Both the position numbers and the translations under genes were made by a program. From Candidatus Omnitrophota bacterium (lineage in GTDB: Bacteria; Omnitrophota; Gorgyraeia; Gygaellales; Profunditerraquicolaceae): DNA of 64,000 bases. A model generated the notes under the pieces. That model worked only from the letters and a program-made list of their open reading frames with translations. It was not told the DNA's origin and ran no database searches. Positions 44,846 through 53,451 of the stretch are shown here, in pieces (positions within the stretch are counted from its first letter, which is position 1; each line of letters begins with the position of its first letter). Where the stretch lies: assembly GCA_043823435.1 (NCBI GenBank), contig JBDRAV010000014.1:10765-74764 (forward strand). Direction: 5' to 3'.

Positions 44846-45979
44846 CTAAAGCCCGCGCTGCCTGATGCGCCCGAACAACTCTTCCTCTATATCGGGATAT
44901 CTCCCGCTTAGGTTGTTCTTCTCCTCTTTGTCGTTCTGGAGGTCGTATAACTCGCGTTTTTCGGTAGCCGAGTTGTAGATCAGTTTCCATTTCTTCGTCC
45001 TTACGCAGAATATATTCGGCTCGTAAGGAGAAGGGTACGGCCCGTCAAGGCCAGCAGTCTCCGTATACGCTTCCCTGTCAGCTTTCTCTACGCCGTCTAT
45101 CACCGGGAGGAGGCTTTTTCCGATCATGCATTTTTTCCCTTCATTAGGGTTTATCTTCAACATATCTATGATCGTAGGGGCGATATCTACCGTCCGCGCC
45201 TGGGTCTTCACCTCTAATCCGGCGGGGAGGCGCGCCGGATATACGAAATAACACCAGACCTTAAGCGTGTAATCATAGGCGTATATGCCATATGCCTTCT
45301 CCCCAGGTTTCTCCCCTACGCTGCATCCATGGTCGGTGAGTATCACGAAGAGGTCATTACCATAGAACCCGAGCTTCTTCGCCTCCGAGATGATCGCCGT
45401 AAGGTAATCACCGGCTATCCTGACGTATTGCTCGTAATTCTCCTCGTTCGCCTTCAGGTTATTGAAATATTTCTCGTCAAAATCTTCGTATTTCCTGATC
45501 ACGTTCTTGACGATCTCGCGATGGATATAGCTGTAATGAAGATAGGCGAAGAAGGGTTTATCGCGGCGCTCATTCTTAAGGCGCGCCAGTATGGACTTAT
45601 GGCGCTCTAACAGGTCATCCTTATACTCATCGTGTATCAGGACCTCGTCAAACCCCTGCGAAGGGGCGGTAAGCGGGCTCATCAGGTCGGCCAGGGTATA
45701 ATACCCGTTATCTTTCAGGTGCGCCGGCAGGGTACGGCAATTCTCGTTGTCGAATTTGACACTCTTGTAATACGCGTCCACTCCGGTCTGGCTTCCGAGC
45801 ATACCGGAAAATATCGCGTGTAATGACGCTATAGTGTATGGCGCATGGGTGATCATCTCCGAGAATAGCACGCCGTCGCCTCCGAGTTGCGCGAATATCG
45901 GAGAACACCCGCGCTTGTCACAACGCACCATATCTACCGTAATCATAACTATGTTTGGCTTCCCGTGCTCCGAAGACAT
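44846..45979 (-). CDS. sulfatase-fold (alkaline phosphatase superfamily) protein with Thr at the nucleophile position
   Basis: PNIVMITVDMVR and FVILTDHG. HAPYTIASLHAIFSG aligns to the sulfatase CxPSRxxxxTG block with C->T and R->L. Confidence 0.7.
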   Translation of the reverse strand: MSSEHGKPNIVMITVDMVRCDKRGCSPIFAQLGGDGVLFSEMITHAPYTIASLHAIFSGMLGSQTGVDAYYKSVKFDNENCRTLPAHLKDNGYYTLADLMSPLTAPSQGFDEVLIHDEYKDDLLERHKSILARLKNERRDKPFFAYLHYSYIHREIVKNVIRKYEDFDEKYFNNLKANEENYEQYVRIAGDYLTAIISEAKKLGFYGNDLFVILTDHGCSVGEKPGEKAYGIYAYDYTLKVWCYFVYPARLPAGLEVKTQARTVDIAPTIIDMLKINPNEGKKCMIGKSLLPVIDGVEKADREAYTETAGLDGPYPSPYEPNIFCVRTKKWKLIYNSATEKRELYDLQNDKEEKNNLSGRYPDIEEELFGRIRQRGL

Positions 45980-45990
45980 TATTTTCCTTT

Positions 45991-46746
45991 CTATTTTATT
46001 ATTAGGCTATTTATAAAAAGCCTTTCTCTCAACTGCTGCGCGCAACCTTTTAATAGGATCAATAAAAACACGGGGGCAGCATTAAGAAATTCCACATTCA
46101 AACCTGCGCTACAATGATATATAGGTATTACGGGAAGATCCTTTACCCTACCTTTAATGCTGCTTAATTTTATTAGGAGGTCGTTAGGGTAACCGTATCT
46201 TTTGTATATCTTCGATATGTCGATTTTTTTAAGCATTTCATTGCTTATGGCCGTATAACCGCATTGAGAATCGGTAATATGCCAATACCCCGATGCCATT
46301 TTTGTAAAGAATGATAGAATGATACTTGCCAGAAAGCGCACCTTTGTCGCCTGCCACCATATTTTCGAAAAGGCAAAACGGTTTCCTTTTACATAATCGA
46401 CACTGCCGAAGACTATGGGCTTAACTAAAGATTCCAATTCTCTTGGGTCCATCTGAGCATCGCCTGCGATAACGCATGAAATATCACAGTCCATCCGGAT
46501 AGATTCTTTATATCCCGAAGTTATCGCTGCGCCAACCCCTTCATTTTTGCGGTGGTTAATCAAAACTAATCTATTATCCACATAGGTGCCTATGTTCGCG
46601 ATTGCAGAAATCGTACCGTCAGTACTCCCGTCATTTACTATGATAATCTTATCGACAAAATCAGGAACGTATAGAAGTACCTCTCTGATATATTCTTCTT
46701 CGTTATAAACCGGGATAATTACGGCGACCCTCTTAGAAAAATACAT
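45991..46746 (-). CDS. glycosyltransferase family 2 (Dpm1-like, short)
   Basis: VAVIIPVYNEEEYI, IVNDGSTDGT and VIAGDAQMD (DxD-type), with a single C-terminal hydrophobic segment. Confidence 0.8.
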   Translation of the reverse strand: MYFSKRVAVIIPVYNEEEYIREVLLYVPDFVDKIIIVNDGSTDGTISAIANIGTYVDNRLVLINHRKNEGVGAAITSGYKESIRMDCDISCVIAGDAQMDPRELESLVKPIVFGSVDYVKGNRFAFSKIWWQATKVRFLASIILSFFTKMASGYWHITDSQCGYTAISNEMLKKIDISKIYKRYGYPNDLLIKLSSIKGRVKDLPVIPIYHCSAGLNVEFLNAAPVFLLILLKGCAQQLRERLFINSLIIK

Positions 46747-46755
46747 TATAAATTA

Positions 46756-48207
46756 TCACTCCCCCCTATTACATATAAAGTCGAACACCTGGGTGCCTGC
46801 CAAAATAATCCGCTTTAATTCACCGATATTGTTTATTCTCCTGAGCCATTTCAGGATATACTTAGGGCGCATATAGAATTCTCTATATACTTTCCTGATG
46901 TATGCAGATAACTCCTTCTGATCCAGGTCCGTAAAGTATTCATTGTAAAAACTGTTCGTATGCAGCTTGCCTAAATCTGCCTGCGTGCCGTCTCCTATCC
47001 CAGGGTGACCTCTCTTTATCTTGCTGAACAACGGAGTGCCCGGATAGGCCGTCAAAATACCAAAGGTAACAACGGTAGGTTCTATTTTCTTAACAAATTT
47101 AATTGTAGTCTCCAGACTCTCTTTATTCTCCCCCGGCAAACCAATCATCATATGGGCATGCGTATCTATATTAAGCTCATGCGTCCAGTTAAACGTCTGA
47201 TATATCTGCTCCAATGTTGTCCCTTTCTTGATGTTGTCGAGGAGCTTCTGCGCTCCCGATTCGACCCCGAACCTTACCATATGGCATCCTGCGAGCTTCA
47301 TCATCTTAAGCATTTCTAAATCAACGCTTCCGATACGCGCACTGCAAACCCACGTTAAATCCAATCCGCGCCCTATTATCCCTTTACAGATATCCAATAC
47401 CCGTTTCTTGGAAACGGTAAATATTTCATCCCTGAAAAAGACTTCTTTATATCCTGCCCGAGAAACCATCTCCATTTCTTCCAACACTCTATTCGCGCTC
47501 CTAAATCGTATTTTTCTTCCATAAAAATAGGGGGAAGAACAAAATATGCACTCACCCGGACACCCCCTAGAAGTAAACATAGTAGTATAAGGGATCCTTT
47601 TGATCACGGGATTGAAATAGTCTATATCGGCAGAAAGCATGCTTCTATCGGGAATAGGCAGATCATCCAGGTTATCAATTAACGGGTAGGGCGGGTTATT
47701 AACGCATTGTCCGTTCATTATGAAAGATATCCCTCTTATTTCACGCCATGAATCAACCCCCGCAGACATAGCCTTTATTACATCCCGGATAATGTATTCG
47801 GCCTCACCTCTCACAACTATATCCACCCCCTTCCTCTGAAGCGTGCTCTCCGGTTCCGCAGTAACGTGTCCGCCGAAAACAATAGTGCATAAAGCCGGAT
47901 TCGTCTTCTTCAGTTGCAGTAGCAATTCCGCGTCTTCATTTAAAGTCATCGTGGAAGTAAGAATTATCAACGCGTTGTAATCGGATATCCTTTTCTGCAA
48001 ATCCGGAAGGGACAGCTGTAAGGCTGCGGCATCGACAAAATCTATCGTGAATTTTTCGTTGCGAAGCACTGTCGCTACCGAAAGAAGCGAAAGGGGCGGA
48101 AATTTTATCCCCGCAATCCTTTTCCCCTTACACCAGCAGCCGTAAACAAGATCGCGGGCTACATTCTTGCTGAATTTGCTTCCCGGTACTAACGCTAATA
48201 TACGCAT
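46756..48207 (-). CDS. B12-binding-domain radical SAM protein (class B, methylase-like)
   Basis: N-terminal cobalamin-binding-like region (MRILALVPG..ALIILTSTMT) and the cluster motif TSRGCPGECIFC. Confidence 0.8.
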   Translation of the reverse strand: MRILALVPGSKFSKNVARDLVYGCWCKGKRIAGIKFPPLSLLSVATVLRNEKFTIDFVDAAALQLSLPDLQKRISDYNALIILTSTMTLNEDAELLLQLKKTNPALCTIVFGGHVTAEPESTLQRKGVDIVVRGEAEYIIRDVIKAMSAGVDSWREIRGISFIMNGQCVNNPPYPLIDNLDDLPIPDRSMLSADIDYFNPVIKRIPYTTMFTSRGCPGECIFCSSPYFYGRKIRFRSANRVLEEMEMVSRAGYKEVFFRDEIFTVSKKRVLDICKGIIGRGLDLTWVCSARIGSVDLEMLKMMKLAGCHMVRFGVESGAQKLLDNIKKGTTLEQIYQTFNWTHELNIDTHAHMMIGLPGENKESLETTIKFVKKIEPTVVTFGILTAYPGTPLFSKIKRGHPGIGDGTQADLGKLHTNSFYNEYFTDLDQKELSAYIRKVYREFYMRPKYILKWLRRINNIGELKRIILAGTQVFDFICNRGE

Positions 48208-48212
48208 AAAGT

Positions 48213-49895
48213 CTACTCCTTGATCATATCTCTGGATACCTGCGTTTCTCCCTGAAGCGCTATCTTCGTCGAGAAACGCACCTCCCCCGAACTATTCAGA
48301 CTGTTGATTGCCTCGGTATCCACGAGATCATCTCCGGCATCCAGCTGCGAATGAAGAAAATATCTTGCCGAAGGGGTGGAGGGTATATTCATGCTTCTTT
48401 GAATCCCCATCCGGGAAATATCGGCCCGCCCCTTCTTTATTATAGAATCATTCACCTCAACCGAAGCGTCTGACAAAGTTACCTCTCTTGTTAATAATAA
48501 GCCCTCGCTTTTAGAGAAGCATATCCTTTTTGATATCAACCACCCCTTGAACATCCTGGCTATAAAATCATTCTTTAATATGAAACCCGTAAAGAGCTTG
48601 AACGGAACAATGTATTTTATTAAAGGCAGACTGTCTTTAACGTGAACGAAATCCCCCTTGACGCAAACCACACATTTCCCTTTATGAAAAGTTGAAATAT
48701 CAAAATGGCGGTTCCTGGTATATGCATAACTGTATATTTGCCTGCCGTTATTCATTTCGGCCAAATATCCTAAATCAGAATACACAAGGCGGCCTTTATG
48801 GTATATCCTGACAACGCCATTCCTAAAAAAGCTTATATTAATATGGTACGTCCCGTTCTTAAACGCCAGGAACCCGGCATTCTTGAATATTCTTAGATAT
48901 TCCCTGTCCTCATCACAATCCTGAAAGGATGTAAATGAATCGCTGCACAACGCCTTAGCAAATGAGTTTATGTAAAAATAAGCCAGGTATTTGTCGTCTA
49001 TGGAATAAGGGTTGAGTCCAGCATCTCTTTCTAGGCCATCCAGAAACCTCTTCAGAATAACCCTCGCCTTATTATTATGGAATGCCGCCGTCTCTAATCC
49101 GTTAGGCTGGAGATACTGTCCGCTCCTGCTGCCGCATTCATCGGAGATTGAACCGTCAGGGAGAATAAAAGGATAAATAAAATCAATCAACTTGTCTATC
49201 GCGGCAAGAATTCCCGCGTCTTTAGTCTTATTGTAAAAACTGGCCAATATTTCCAATTGCACCAGAGAATACCCTATGTCTGCCCCTTCGTATTCCGGGA
49301 ACCATCCCTCTTCATCCTGGGTGTCTAAAATAGCTGTTTTCTTCCTTTCAGCGCCTTTCAGGAAATCTTCGTTTTTACAAATTTCCCCGATATTATGCAA
49401 ACTATGCATTGCCGCAATCCTCTGGTTTGCCACCAGAGGATGATCGTTATGTATCATCCAGACACCTGACCTAAAAAGAGCGGCGGCGACCTTTGTTTTA
49501 ACCTCTTGCGGCAATTCATCCTCGAGTAACATATATGTTTCCGATATAGCCCAGGATGTAAAAGCGGTGGCGCAAAAACTGTGTTCGTTGATATACCATT
49601 CATCAAAAGACCCGTCTGATTTCTGGCTGTTGCACCAAAACAGCATACCCGCTATCACCCAATTCAATACCGGGATCTTCCGGTAATAAAGATTACCTTC
49701 AAAGTTATTCTTGTATAAAAGCCCCAGGGTCAAGACCGGCTGCTGGTAAGTGGATGAAGGGAACTCCTGAAAGGTCTTGTAATGCCAGTATTGCCGGTCA
49801 AGGCAGCCGTAAGTACGGGACAGATTATTACGGTCCTCAAGCGACAATATCCTTGGAATTTGCGATAAAACTACTTTCTTATAGATTCCCCTCAT
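48213..49895 (-). CDS. hypothetical protein (560 aa, no signal peptide or TM helix seen)
   Basis: Long uninterrupted ORF packed between the radical SAM and MTase genes. The N-terminal two-thirds look helix-rich (DGSFDEWYINEHSFCATAFTSWAISETY, EEGWFPEYEGADIGYSLVQLEILA) and the C-terminal third looks beta-rich. No family recognised by eye. Confidence 0.4.
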   Translation of the reverse strand: MRGIYKKVVLSQIPRILSLEDRNNLSRTYGCLDRQYWHYKTFQEFPSSTYQQPVLTLGLLYKNNFEGNLYYRKIPVLNWVIAGMLFWCNSQKSDGSFDEWYINEHSFCATAFTSWAISETYMLLEDELPQEVKTKVAAALFRSGVWMIHNDHPLVANQRIAAMHSLHNIGEICKNEDFLKGAERKKTAILDTQDEEGWFPEYEGADIGYSLVQLEILASFYNKTKDAGILAAIDKLIDFIYPFILPDGSISDECGSRSGQYLQPNGLETAAFHNNKARVILKRFLDGLERDAGLNPYSIDDKYLAYFYINSFAKALCSDSFTSFQDCDEDREYLRIFKNAGFLAFKNGTYHINISFFRNGVVRIYHKGRLVYSDLGYLAEMNNGRQIYSYAYTRNRHFDISTFHKGKCVVCVKGDFVHVKDSLPLIKYIVPFKLFTGFILKNDFIARMFKGWLISKRICFSKSEGLLLTREVTLSDASVEVNDSIIKKGRADISRMGIQRSMNIPSTPSARYFLHSQLDAGDDLVDTEAINSLNSSGEVRFSTKIALQGETQVSRDMIKE

Positions 49896-49902
49896 GGCTT
49901 CT

Positions 49903-50508
49903 TTAGGCCTCTCCGGTCCCGACTAGGGATAAATAGCCGGTTTCCCACATATACCTTATTTTTACATCTGCAAGAATAGAGCTCATTAAAGAGAACAGCT
50001 CGCGCTTACTAAAAAAATGTTTCTGTGGATCATCTCCTATCGGGTCATAGATTCTAAAAATAGAAAGTTTAGAAGGCACGATAATAACAATTTTACGGGC
50101 GATCCTCTTCATTTCGCAAAGTATGTTCATAAAATCCTCTTTATTGAAGTGCTCCATTACTCCCTGGTTATAGACCAGCTCAAACTCCTTATTGCCAAAA
50201 GGCAATTTCTTTATATCGCCGATAACTAGCCGCCTTCCCTCTATTTCCTGTCTTGTCTTTATTATCGCATTAAGCGAATAATCCATCCCCCAGCATTCAA
50301 AACCTTTTTTTTTCAGGTAACCCAGGTACTTGCCAGATCCGCATCCGGCTTCCAGAATTCTCGCATTTTTCCCTGCTATAAAAGCTACCTCTCTGGCAAA
50401 AACTCTTGTAAAGTACACCCGCCGCAATGTTTCTATTATATTTCTCTTTAATGAAGGGCGGCCCCAGTATTCTTCCCACGTATTAAGGTCTGACATCACT
50501 ATGAACAC
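49903..50508 (-). CDS. class I SAM-dependent methyltransferase
   Basis: ARILEAGCGSGKYLGYL (motif I) and FELVYNQGVMEHF. Confidence 0.75.
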   Translation of the reverse strand: MFIVMSDLNTWEEYWGRPSLKRNIIETLRRVYFTRVFAREVAFIAGKNARILEAGCGSGKYLGYLKKKGFECWGMDYSLNAIIKTRQEIEGRRLVIGDIKKLPFGNKEFELVYNQGVMEHFNKEDFMNILCEMKRIARKIVIIVPSKLSIFRIYDPIGDDPQKHFFSKRELFSLMSSILADVKIRYMWETGYLSLVGTGEA

Positions 50509-51268
50509 CGCTTTTGTTGACTATTCCTTTTACCATTACCACATGGCCTTTTAGATGCATAGAGAGCAACAGGCCCTCCAGTTTTGAGATGCCGAATAAA
50601 ACAGGGAAAATGAGTTTCCTGTATATCGTAAATAAAAAAGATTTCTCTTCTCCCGAAGCATCCGCCTGGGTATGGAAATCTTTTTTTAGGCGTGAATAAA
50701 ACAGTTTAAGCATTTCAATGAATATCTCCCCCAATAATACGGTTGTATACTTTACGTCGGTACAGGCGATATTATGTTTTTCCATCAACTTTATCAAATC
50801 TTCTGTTTTATATCCCGGCCTGAAATGGTACTCTGGGCTTCCCGGTTTATCGTGGAAGAGCAGGTTTAACCTGGAACCAGCAAAAATACCCTCCATGCAG
50901 ACAGTGCTGATTACTACCAGCGCGCCGTCTTTGGCCACTCTCGATATCTCGGTAAAAGCCTGCCCGTCGTTCTCCAGATGCTCTATTACATCCGTAAAAA
51001 GTATTTTATTAAATGTGTCGTCTTTTATGGGGATAGAGCCAGCATCAGCCAAAAGATAATCCCCGGGGACCTCCTTTTTTGCCAGAGAAAGGGATTTAAA
51101 ATTAAAATCCAGACCGAACGACTTTGCCCCGCTGGATAATATAATGCCCATAAAATAGCCCAGCCCGCAGCCAAGGTCAAGGATCGTATCGTGAGCCCCA
51201 GGGGCCATAAGCTTGATCAGGAAATCTTCCTTTAAACGCGTTGTCAATGAATATCTATACGGGTTCAT
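50483..51268 (-). CDS. class I SAM-dependent methyltransferase
   Basis: DTILDLGCGLGYFMG (motif I) and FNKILFTDVIEHL. Confidence 0.75.
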   Translation of the reverse strand: MNPYRYSLTTRLKEDFLIKLMAPGAHDTILDLGCGLGYFMGIILSSGAKSFGLDFNFKSLSLAKKEVPGDYLLADAGSIPIKDDTFNKILFTDVIEHLENDGQAFTEISRVAKDGALVVISTVCMEGIFAGSRLNLLFHDKPGSPEYHFRPGYKTEDLIKLMEKHNIACTDVKYTTVLLGEIFIEMLKLFYSRLKKDFHTQADASGEEKSFLFTIYRKLIFPVLFGISKLEGLLLSMHLKGHVVMVKGIVNKSGVHSDVRP

Positions 51269-52148
51269 CCCTTGTTTCTTTTTTATGCTGTATAACTATG
51301 CTATCGGCCAACAGCCCGATAGCTCCTATCATAACGGCGAATAATATAATTATTACGTCCATCTGCTGCAGTCCGCCTGAACTGAATATGTTAATCACTG
51401 CCGAGACAATGCCCACGGAGAACAAAAATAAGCTTATCGGCAGGAAAACTCTCAACGGGCTGAAATAAGTAATCATTCTTATGACCTGTATGAAATAGGC
51501 GTAGGTATCCCTGACGGGATGGAACTTTGATTTGCCTATGCGTTTGCGGTAATCTATAGGCATGTAGCCTACATCGTAGCCATTGCAGAGGAATGCCAGG
51601 GTAACCGTGCTTACGCAAGAAAAGCCTTCCGGCAATAAATAGAGGTATTTAGAGACAATTTCTCGTTTAAAAGCCCTTAAACCGGAGTTCAGATCCGGTA
51701 TATATGTCTTGGAAAGAAAACACGCGAGCTTGCGGATAATATATTTTGCGGGCGCCCTTAACAGTTTAAGCGTACCCTTTTCGCTTTTCCGCGCCCCAAT
51801 AACCTGGTCATACCCTTTCTCCGTCAGCATCTTAACCAGATTAGGTATTTCTTGATTAGGATAACTCATATCTACATCAGACCAGACTATAATGTTCCCC
51901 TTTGCGGCCAAGGTACCCGTTTTCCGCGCGCCTCCCGCCCCCCTATTCCTGTGGTTTTGAATTAATTTAACCCAGCTGAACCCCTTGACTATCTGGGCGG
52001 TCCTGTCCGTAGAGGCGTCGTCAACAACAATGACTTCATAGGTGAAGGATGAATTATCCATTGCTTGTTTGATTATATTAAGTTCGTCGGCTATGCACGC
52101 CTCTTCGTTGTAAGCGGCCAAAATTATTGAAACATCGCATCCACTCAT
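51255..52148 (-). CDS. GT2 polyprenyl-phosphate glycosyltransferase (ArnC/GtrB/DPM-synthase-like, two C-terminal TM helices)
   Basis: VSIILAAYNEEACI, VVDDASTDRT and SDVDMSYP, plus C-terminal helices VFLPISLFLFSVGIVSAVINIF and VIIILFAVMIGAIGLLADSIVI. A strong SD AGAGGTG lies 5 nt before the ATG. Confidence 0.8.
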   Translation of the reverse strand: MSGCDVSIILAAYNEEACIADELNIIKQAMDNSSFTYEVIVVDDASTDRTAQIVKGFSWVKLIQNHRNRGAGGARKTGTLAAKGNIIVWSDVDMSYPNQEIPNLVKMLTEKGYDQVIGARKSEKGTLKLLRAPAKYIIRKLACFLSKTYIPDLNSGLRAFKREIVSKYLYLLPEGFSCVSTVTLAFLCNGYDVGYMPIDYRKRIGKSKFHPVRDTYAYFIQVIRMITYFSPLRVFLPISLFLFSVGIVSAVINIFSSGGLQQMDVIIILFAVMIGAIGLLADSIVIQHKKETRDEPV

Positions 52149-52209
52149 AATCGCACCTCTTGTCTTAGGACGGTTTATTTTTCCGGTTTAAAGCGCTTGC
52201 ATAATTTAC

Positions 52210-53451
52210 TCAATTCCGTATAACAACATCGATCTGTCTCCCTAATCTTTCTATATCGAACCTGGATGATTCAGCCAAGGCATTCTGTGAAATCATGCGA
52301 TAAAGAGAAGGGTCATTTAAAAGAAGAAGAATTTTATCTTTAAGGCTACCTGCCAGCCGCCTTTCGGCAATCAAGCCGTTAAAGCTGTCCTTTATCACTT
52401 CTTTGATGCCCCCCAGGCCCGTAGATACTATCGGGATACTGCTCGCCATCGCCTCCAGCATTACCACGGGCAAACCTTCGGATTCTCCATCTTCATTTCC
52501 TAATGAAGGGATAACAACTATATCTGCAAGCCTGAAGAGCTCCAGTTTCTTATTCCCGGATACGGCTCCGAAAAATCTTATGTCGCATTTAGCAGCCTCC
52601 GCCATATCGCGTAAAATCCGCTCCTGACTGCCGCAACCTGCGATCATCAGAGTCAAATTAGAAACGTCTTTCAGCGATTCTATTAAATAGCCGGCTCCTT
52701 TAGAAGCGGTTAACCTGCCTATAAAAAGTACTGTTTTTTCGGAATTGATATGGTATTTTTCCCTGCAGTAACTGCGGGGGATCTTGCTTGATTCAAAGAA
52801 ATCCTTAACGGATATCCCCATCGGTAGGAGAAAGATCCGCTCGCTTAACTTCCTGCGCAGCGCTCCGGAATAAATATTGAGGGCCTCTTCTCTTATGCCG
52901 TTGCTTACTGCCGTTATCCGGTCGCTGTTATTAATGATAAAGCGGGCAATCTGCCTCCCTATTGCCCCTTTCTTCAGCAAAAATGACCATCCGGAGTGAA
53001 GGCTAAGGATATGCTTTTTGCCGGAAAACCGACGCAGCACTGCCCCTACCAACCCTGAAGGCAATCCCCAATGTGACCAGATGATATTACATCTTCTTAA
53101 GGCTAATGCCGAATACACGAACGCCGAGGATATATAGAAAACTAGCTGTATTTTAGCAAGGATATGTCTCTGGAAATTATTCAATATCCCATCCCCGTAG
53201 CAAAGCTTCTCCCATCGGCGAAGGAAGAAATACCCTATCCTGTTTACTCTGATATTGCCTCCGAGATTCTGCTCTCCTTCGGTAAACCCGCTGCCGTTAG
53301 AGCGCGGGGTGACCACTTCAAAGAGATAACCTTGTTTACATAATTCCTCAAGAAGTTCGTAAATAAATACGCCGGCGTAATCGGATGATGAGCGCGGGAA
53401 TGAGCTGGTAATGACGCAGACCCTCTTTTTATTATCGCTGTTAGGCCTCAT
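52210..53451 (-). CDS. glycosyltransferase, GT-B fold (GT4-like)
   Basis: RVCVITSSFPRSSSDYAGVF and ESEGLPVVMLEAMASSIPIVSTGLGG. Confidence 0.85.
   Translation of the reverse strand: MRPNSDNKKRVCVITSSFPRSSSDYAGVFIYELLEELCKQGYLFEVVTPRSNGSGFTEGEQNLGGNIRVNRIGYFFLRRWEKLCYGDGILNNFQRHILAKIQLVFYISSAFVYSALALRRCNIIWSHWGLPSGLVGAVLRRFSGKKHILSLHSGWSFLLKKGAIGRQIARFIINNSDRITAVSNGIREEALNIYSGALRRKLSERIFLLPMGISVKDFFESSKIPRSYCREKYHINSEKTVLFIGRLTASKGAGYLIESLKDVSNLTLMIAGCGSQERILRDMAEAAKCDIRFFGAVSGNKKLELFRLADIVVIPSLGNEDGESEGLPVVMLEAMASSIPIVSTGLGGIKEVIKDSFNGLIAERRLAGSLKDKILLLLNDPSLYRMISQNALAESSRFDIERLGRQIDVVIRN

Noticed and set aside
44846-45979. Calling this gene and 53448-55505 sulfatases (which would fit the nearby sat relic)
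   Set aside because: The active-site block has Thr in place of the formylglycine precursor and lacks the Arg. That is characteristic of phosphotransferase or phosphodiesterase members of the fold, so the sulfatase label is not supported.
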